This document shows, piece after piece, positions 58,020 through 62,399 of a DNA stretch of 62,399 bases (positions are counted from its first letter, which is position 1; each line of letters opens with the position of its first letter). Source of the DNA: an uncultured Clostridia bacterium (GTDB lineage Bacteria > Bacillota > Clostridia > Christensenellales > UBA1242); NCBI GenBank assembly GCA_944381825.1, contig CALWMK010000004.1, positions 1 through 62,399 of the forward strand. Reading direction: 5' to 3'. Both the position numbers and the translations under genes were made by a program. The notes under the pieces are model-generated. The model was not told where the DNA came from. It worked only from the letters and a program-made list of their open reading frames with translations, and did no database searches.

Positions 58020-58907
58020 TTATTCTCCAATAATTTCAATTTCTGTTTCTAATATTATGCCCTCTTTTTCAAAAACTTTTTGTTGAATCAATTTTATAAG
58101 TTTTTCAATATCATAAACCTTTGCATTTTTTTTGTTTACAATAAATCCTGCATGCTTTTGGCTTATTTGTGCATCATTTATATTAAAACCTTTTAGTCCC
58201 AAATTGTCAATTACTTTTGCTGGAATAATTTCTCCTTGGCGCTTAAACACACTCCCTGCACTGGGATAGTTTAAAGGTTGTTTATCTCTTCGTTTTTGCA
58301 ATATGTCAAACATTTCATTTTTTATTTTCACTTTGTCACCATTTTTTAAACAAAGAATTGCAGAAAGAACAAAAAGCTGCTTTTTTTGAATAATGCTGTT
58401 TCTATAGCCAAAACCCATATCCTCTTTATCAAGCCAAAAACATTTTTTTCCATCAAACACCTTTACTTTTTTAACAACATCACAAAGTTCTTTCCCATAG
58501 GCGCCTGCATTGTTATAAATTCCGCCGCCAATAGAGGCAGGAATGCCCGTTGCAAACTCAAATCCAGTAAGCGAACTTTTTAAACACAATTGTGACAACT
58601 TGGAAAACTCCACTCCACATTGAGCATAAACCAAATTTTTTTTAACTTTAATTTTATTTAAGTTTTGAGTTGAAATCACAATGCCGTTAAATTTCTTAAA
58701 AAGTGTGTTGCTTCCTTTTCCCAAAACGAACACTTTTAGCCCCTCAAGAGCTGCATATCTCAAAACCTTTACAAAACAACTTAAATTTTTTGGAACACAA
58801 AAAAACCTTGCCCGTCCCCCACATTTAAAAGAACAATGCAAAGCCATGTCTTCATTTTTTTTAAAACTCAAACAACATTTTTCAATTTTTTTTAAATTTT
58901 CACTCAT
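58020..58907 (-). CDS. murB: UDP-N-acetylenolpyruvoylglucosamine reductase
   Basis: FAD-binding and MurB C-terminal pattern (GSNTLF, PSAGSVFKR). Confidence 0.9.
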   Translation of the reverse strand: MSENLKKIEKCCLSFKKNEDMALHCSFKCGGRARFFCVPKNLSCFVKVLRYAALEGLKVFVLGKGSNTLFKKFNGIVISTQNLNKIKVKKNLVYAQCGVEFSKLSQLCLKSSLTGFEFATGIPASIGGGIYNNAGAYGKELCDVVKKVKVFDGKKCFWLDKEDMGFGYRNSIIQKKQLFVLSAILCLKNGDKVKIKNEMFDILQKRRDKQPLNYPSAGSVFKRQGEIIPAKVIDNLGLKGFNINDAQISQKHAGFIVNKKNAKVYDIEKLIKLIQQKVFEKEGIILETEIEIIGE

Positions 58908-59174
58908 ACTTGTTATATATAAAATAGCGTTGAAATTTGTTCCAAATTTTGATTCCTTACGAAATCTCTTACCTGACGGTAAGCAACGCTTTTTGGTACG
59001 GGCGGAAATCCTGCCAATGCTCCGCGCTTTGCGATGTTTCCTACTACATGAAAAATATTTAATCTAGGTTTAAATTTGCCAAGTATTTCAGCCTAATAAG
59101 ATTGCTTTTAAAGCCAAACCTTATAATTGAAGTCGATGTTTTATGTAATGCAATTTTAGAGTTAAAAAAGTTAA

Positions 59175-59612
59175 TCAAATTTCAATAATAATATTGACCG
59201 GACCATCATTTTGAACATCTATATGCATATGTTCACCAAAAACTCCAGTTACAACCTTTATATTATAGCTTTTAAGAGCTTCAACCAGTTTGTCATACAA
59301 AACAAAAGCATCTTTGCTGTTAAGCGCATTTGAAAAGTTGGGGCGATTACCTCTGGTAACATCGGCATAAAGCGTGAAATTGCTCACAAGCATAATCTCA
59401 CCCTTTACATCCAAAACCGATAAGTTCATCTTGTCATCTTGGTCCCTAAAAATTCTTAATCCAGCAATTTTTTTTGCAAGATGACATAGCTTAGATTGTT
59501 CATCATCTGTTCCTACACCCAAATATATCAAAAGTCCGTTTCCAATTTCACTAACAAGTTCATTGCCAACTCTTAGTCGAGCAAAATTTACCCTTTGTAT
59601 TATAGCCTTCAA
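59175..59612 (-). CDS. dtd: D-aminoacyl-tRNA deacylase
   Basis: MKAIIQRV..., SNFTLYAD and NDGPVN motifs. Confidence 0.9.
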   Translation of the reverse strand: MKAIIQRVNFARLRVGNELVSEIGNGLLIYLGVGTDDEQSKLCHLAKKIAGLRIFRDQDDKMNLSVLDVKGEIMLVSNFTLYADVTRGNRPNFSNALNSKDAFVLYDKLVEALKSYNIKVVTGVFGEHMHIDVQNDGPVNIIIEI

Positions 59613-60802
59613 ATTTCCTCCTTAAGCGAATCTAAAAAGGCAACTGCCTCGTCGTGTGTCATAAATCTACTAACCGGATACCTTCTTGCCGTTTCATAAA
59701 ATGCATTTTCAATTATGCTTTCATAATCCTCTTTTTTAAGCTTTTCACATGTTTGATGTAAATTGAGCGAAGAAATAAGTTCAGCCACTTTTTTAATAAA
59801 AATTTCAGCAGCTTTTTGTTCACTTTCTCCCTCGTCTACAAAACCACAAAAACTAGCAAGTTCGGCAAGTTTTTTTGTGGCTGTATTTAATTGGAACTGC
59901 AAAACCCTAACTAATGTCATTGCAATTGCATTGCCATGTGGAATATGGTAATGGGCTCCAAGCTGATGAGCAAATGCATGGGCATAGCCCACCATCTCAT
60001 TGTTCATGGAAACACCTGCAAGATAGCTTGCCTTTAGCATTTTATTGCGATAAACAAGATTGTCTGGATTTTCATAGCTGTTTTTTAAATTGTTAAAAAT
60101 CATATTTATTGCAGTTGGTGCATAAAAATCATGAGCCTTCTTTGTGCAGGTTGAGATATACGACTCCACTGCATGTGAAAGAGCATCTATTCCAGTTGAT
60201 GCCGTCAAAGTTTTTGGCAACGACACTAATAACTCTCCATCTAAAACAGCAAGGCTTGGAATTATCTTTGGAGACACTACCGTTCTTTTGATGCCTTGCG
60301 CATCAGTTATCACCGCAATAAAGCTGGTTTCAGAACCCGTGCCAGCCGTTGTTGGGACTGCAATTAAAGGTTTAAGTTTTTTTCTAACTTTCAATATTCC
60401 TACAAACTTTTCTAAAGGTCGATTTGGATCGGTGAGAGCTGCCGCAATAAGTTTTGCAACATCTAAAACCGAGCCTCCACCAATCGCAACAACAACATCT
60501 GGATTAAAATTTTTTGAAAAATCCAAAATGTTTTTGGCAAGAACAAAATTTGGTTCACCATTAACATTGTCGTAAACAATATATTCTAATCCATTTTTTT
60601 TGAAAGACTCAAAAAATCCCTCTAACAAACCAAGTTCAATCAATGACTGAGTGGTAACAATTAATGCTTTTCTGTATTTGTTTATTATGCAGTAGTTTGC
60701 AATTCTCTTGACACTTCCACTTCCCTCAATCATGGGAGCTGGTTTCAAATTTAAAAAATGCGAAACGCTTTTTAAAAACCATGTAGAAATTTTTGGGTTC
60801 AT
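59609..60802 (-). CDS. Iron-containing alcohol dehydrogenase
   Basis: GGGSVLDVAK and HxxxH metal motifs (HAFAHQLGAHYHIPHG). Start set to the ATG after aaggagaatgtt. Confidence 0.85.
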   Translation of the reverse strand: MNPKISTWFLKSVSHFLNLKPAPMIEGSGSVKRIANYCIINKYRKALIVTTQSLIELGLLEGFFESFKKNGLEYIVYDNVNGEPNFVLAKNILDFSKNFNPDVVVAIGGGSVLDVAKLIAAALTDPNRPLEKFVGILKVRKKLKPLIAVPTTAGTGSETSFIAVITDAQGIKRTVVSPKIIPSLAVLDGELLVSLPKTLTASTGIDALSHAVESYISTCTKKAHDFYAPTAINMIFNNLKNSYENPDNLVYRNKMLKASYLAGVSMNNEMVGYAHAFAHQLGAHYHIPHGNAIAMTLVRVLQFQLNTATKKLAELASFCGFVDEGESEQKAAEIFIKKVAELISSLNLHQTCEKLKKEDYESIIENAFYETARRYPVSRFMTHDEAVAFLDSLKEEI

Positions 60803-60979
60803 AACATTCTCCTTAAACTGTTTTTTAATATTTTCAACATTTAAAGCAAGTAAATTCACATCAAACAATTCTCTTGATTTGAAAATATTAAACAAAATAA
60901 ACACTAATTATGAATAAATTATATCACTTTTCTTTGCAATTAAAAACAAAATAATTAAATTGTTTCATATATTTTTAAT

Positions 60980-61147
60980 ATGGAAGAACTTTCTGCAGAA
61001 CAAGTCACCCTTTTGGCAACTGCATTCGCAACAGAGATAGCCAAAAACAAATCAATAAAGGAAATAAATCAAATTAAGATTGTTCTAACACAGGTGGTCA
61101 CCTCTCTAGGAACAATCGTTGTTCAACGCCTTTCCGACAAAGATTGA
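60980..61147 (+). CDS. Possible 55-aa small protein (MEELSAEQVTLLATAFATEIAKNKSIKEINQIKIVLTQVVTSLGTIVVQRLSDKD)
   Basis: Below the ORF-track cutoff. G+C is locally higher than the flanks and the sequence is amphipathic and helical. No clear RBS. Confidence 0.4.
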   Translation: MEELSAEQVTLLATAFATEIAKNKSIKEINQIKIVLTQVVTSLGTIVVQRLSDKD

Positions 61148-61452
61148 TAGCTTTGCAGCCAAAAATAAAACTATTCCATGCAAATTTCTTGACTAAAATT
61201 TATGACTTTAAAAGTTCTTAAAATCAGGTAGTCTTATTAAGCAAGTTGTTTGAAAAAATTTAAATATATTAAAATTTTAATGAAAATATTAAATTTATAT
61301 TGACTCAAAAAAAATAATTATCTTTTTAAGATTTAAAAAAATATTAAATTTTAATTTGATAATTATTTTAAATTAAAAATTATTATTTTTAATTTTTTTG
61401 ACTTTTAAGTAAAATATTTGATGTTTTTTGTTTTTTTTGATATTTTTTTAAT

Positions 61453-62130
61453 ATGATTGAATGCAAAAATTTATTAAAAACTATTCAAGAAAAAGCACAA
61501 AAGCAAGGTGCAAATTCATTGACAGAAAAAGAGGCAACAATTTTAATGCTTTCCTATGTTATTCACAAAAAAATAAATCTTGAACATCTTGCTTCAACTC
61601 TTTTGAATAAATTTGGCTCATATCAGGAAATTTTAGATGCCCATTACTTAGACCTAATAAATGAAGGTGGTTTATCAATGTCTAGCGCAAAAGAAATCAC
61701 TTTTTTAAAAGATATCTCCGATTATATTAGAATGAGCAAGGCTAATAAAACCAAGTCCTTAAAAAACACCCAAGAACTTGTTGATTTTTTCAAAAGCTTC
61801 ATGACAGGCAAAAGCCATGAAGAATTTTTTGTTGTTGGTCTTTCAAAAAATAATGAAATAAAAGGAATTAAAAAAATTGCGAAAGGCAAAGTTAATCAAG
61901 TTGAAATTGAAAAGAAAGACATATCTGATTTTTGCATATTAAACGATGTTAAAAAGGTTGCAATTTGTCACAATCATCCAAAAGCATCTTGCGAACCATC
62001 AAGAAACGATGACATATGCACAACAAACATTTTTAAATGGCTAAACTCGTTCGGAATTGAACTTGTTGACCATATCACGGTTGGCATAGACGGATGCTTT
62101 TCTTTTAGCGAGGTTGAATATTATAAATAA
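61453..62130 (+). CDS. radC: RadC-family JAB/MPN domain protein (paralog 2)
   Basis: HNHPKASCEPSRND and GIELVDHITVG; roughly 30% identical by eye to the 5423-6118 product. Confidence 0.8.
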   Translation: MIECKNLLKTIQEKAQKQGANSLTEKEATILMLSYVIHKKINLEHLASTLLNKFGSYQEILDAHYLDLINEGGLSMSSAKEITFLKDISDYIRMSKANKTKSLKNTQELVDFFKSFMTGKSHEEFFVVGLSKNNEIKGIKKIAKGKVNQVEIEKKDISDFCILNDVKKVAICHNHPKASCEPSRNDDICTTNIFKWLNSFGIELVDHITVGIDGCFSFSEVEYYK

Positions 62131-62323
62131 TAAAAGCCAGACAACTAAATCTGACTTTATTTTTTATTGCCAAATAATTCGATAAGATTTTTCTTTTTAT
62201 CTTTTGATAAAGAACTCACTAACTCCTCGACTTCACTATCAATTTCATAAACTATGTGATGATGTTTTATTGGTTTCACTCATAAAACACTGCTTGTTAA
62301 CACAAACTCCTTGCTTTGCAAGG

Positions 62324-62399
62324 CATCACTGTTTGAATTAACATCAGTTTTGCTTGCAAATGACTCCGTCGCTTGCAGACAAAACTTCCGATAATATAA
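62324..62399 (-). repeat. Copy B (inverted) of the 6308-6382 repeat; runs into the window edge
   Basis: Reverse complement attatcggaagttttgtctgcaagcgacggagtcatttgcaagcaaaactgatgttaattcaaacagtgatg. Confidence 0.85.

Noticed and set aside
59001-59047. Calling a bona fide fluoride (crcB-motif) riboswitch on the plus strand
   Set aside because: Only the 3' tail and pseudoknot potential match. The conserved GAUGG core is absent and there is no plus-strand gene downstream, since dtd and adh are on the other strand. It is kept only as a weak alternative within the leader finding.
62170-62290. Possible GTG-initiated 39-aa minus-strand ORF (…KPIKHHHIVYEIDSEVEELVSSLSKDKKKNLIELFGNKK) after radC-2
   Set aside because: It has no RBS, needs a non-ATG start directly after an in-frame stop, and is too short to support.
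6308-62399. The idea that the inverted repeats delimit a 56-kb mobile element
   Set aside because: The interval is filled with essential core genes (dnaE, metG, glyQS, gltX, murB, tilS, gmk) and sporulation genes. It contains no transposase, integrase or conjugation genes.
1-62399. Alternative genetic code (e.g. TGA as Trp) given the low G+C; also CRISPR arrays or rRNA genes
   Set aside because: Long genes are intact under the standard code and TGA terminates real genes (e.g. at 21593 and 61147). No spaced direct-repeat array or rRNA-like sequence was seen.

Overview
Visibly AT-rich (about 30% G+C by eye) chromosomal segment from a low-GC, endospore-forming Firmicute, probably Clostridia-like. 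Standard genetic code: long ORFs are intact and TGA is used as a stop. Most of the window is densely packed core and sporulation genes, mainly on the minus strand. These include dnaE-pfkA, gmk, whiA, murB, dtd, metG, glyQS, gltX, tilS, glpK, ung, cdd, comEC-holA, sleB-ypeB and a three-gene GerA-type germinant receptor operon. There is one tRNA-Asn(GTT) and no rRNA or CRISPR array. I found no compelling self-contained new system. Points worth a second look: (1) two cysteine-rich proteins next to ypeB-sleB, candidate spore-surface components; (2) a translationally coupled COG3541-type nucleotidyltransferase plus HD-domain CCA enzyme, beside an integrase remnant and the tRNA; (3) a roughly 75-nt inverted repeat pair at 6308 and at the window end, each near a divergent radC paralog; (4) a MetRS whose HIGH motif reads TLGN; (5) a 1234-aa signal-less BspA-type LRR protein with an unassigned C-terminal half; (6) an orphan two-gene cassette at 30488-31691; (7) a GC-rich structured leader between dtd and murB; (8) a ComEC whose metallo-beta-lactamase motifs are lost. 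All functional calls rest on motif recognition by eye; no searches were run.
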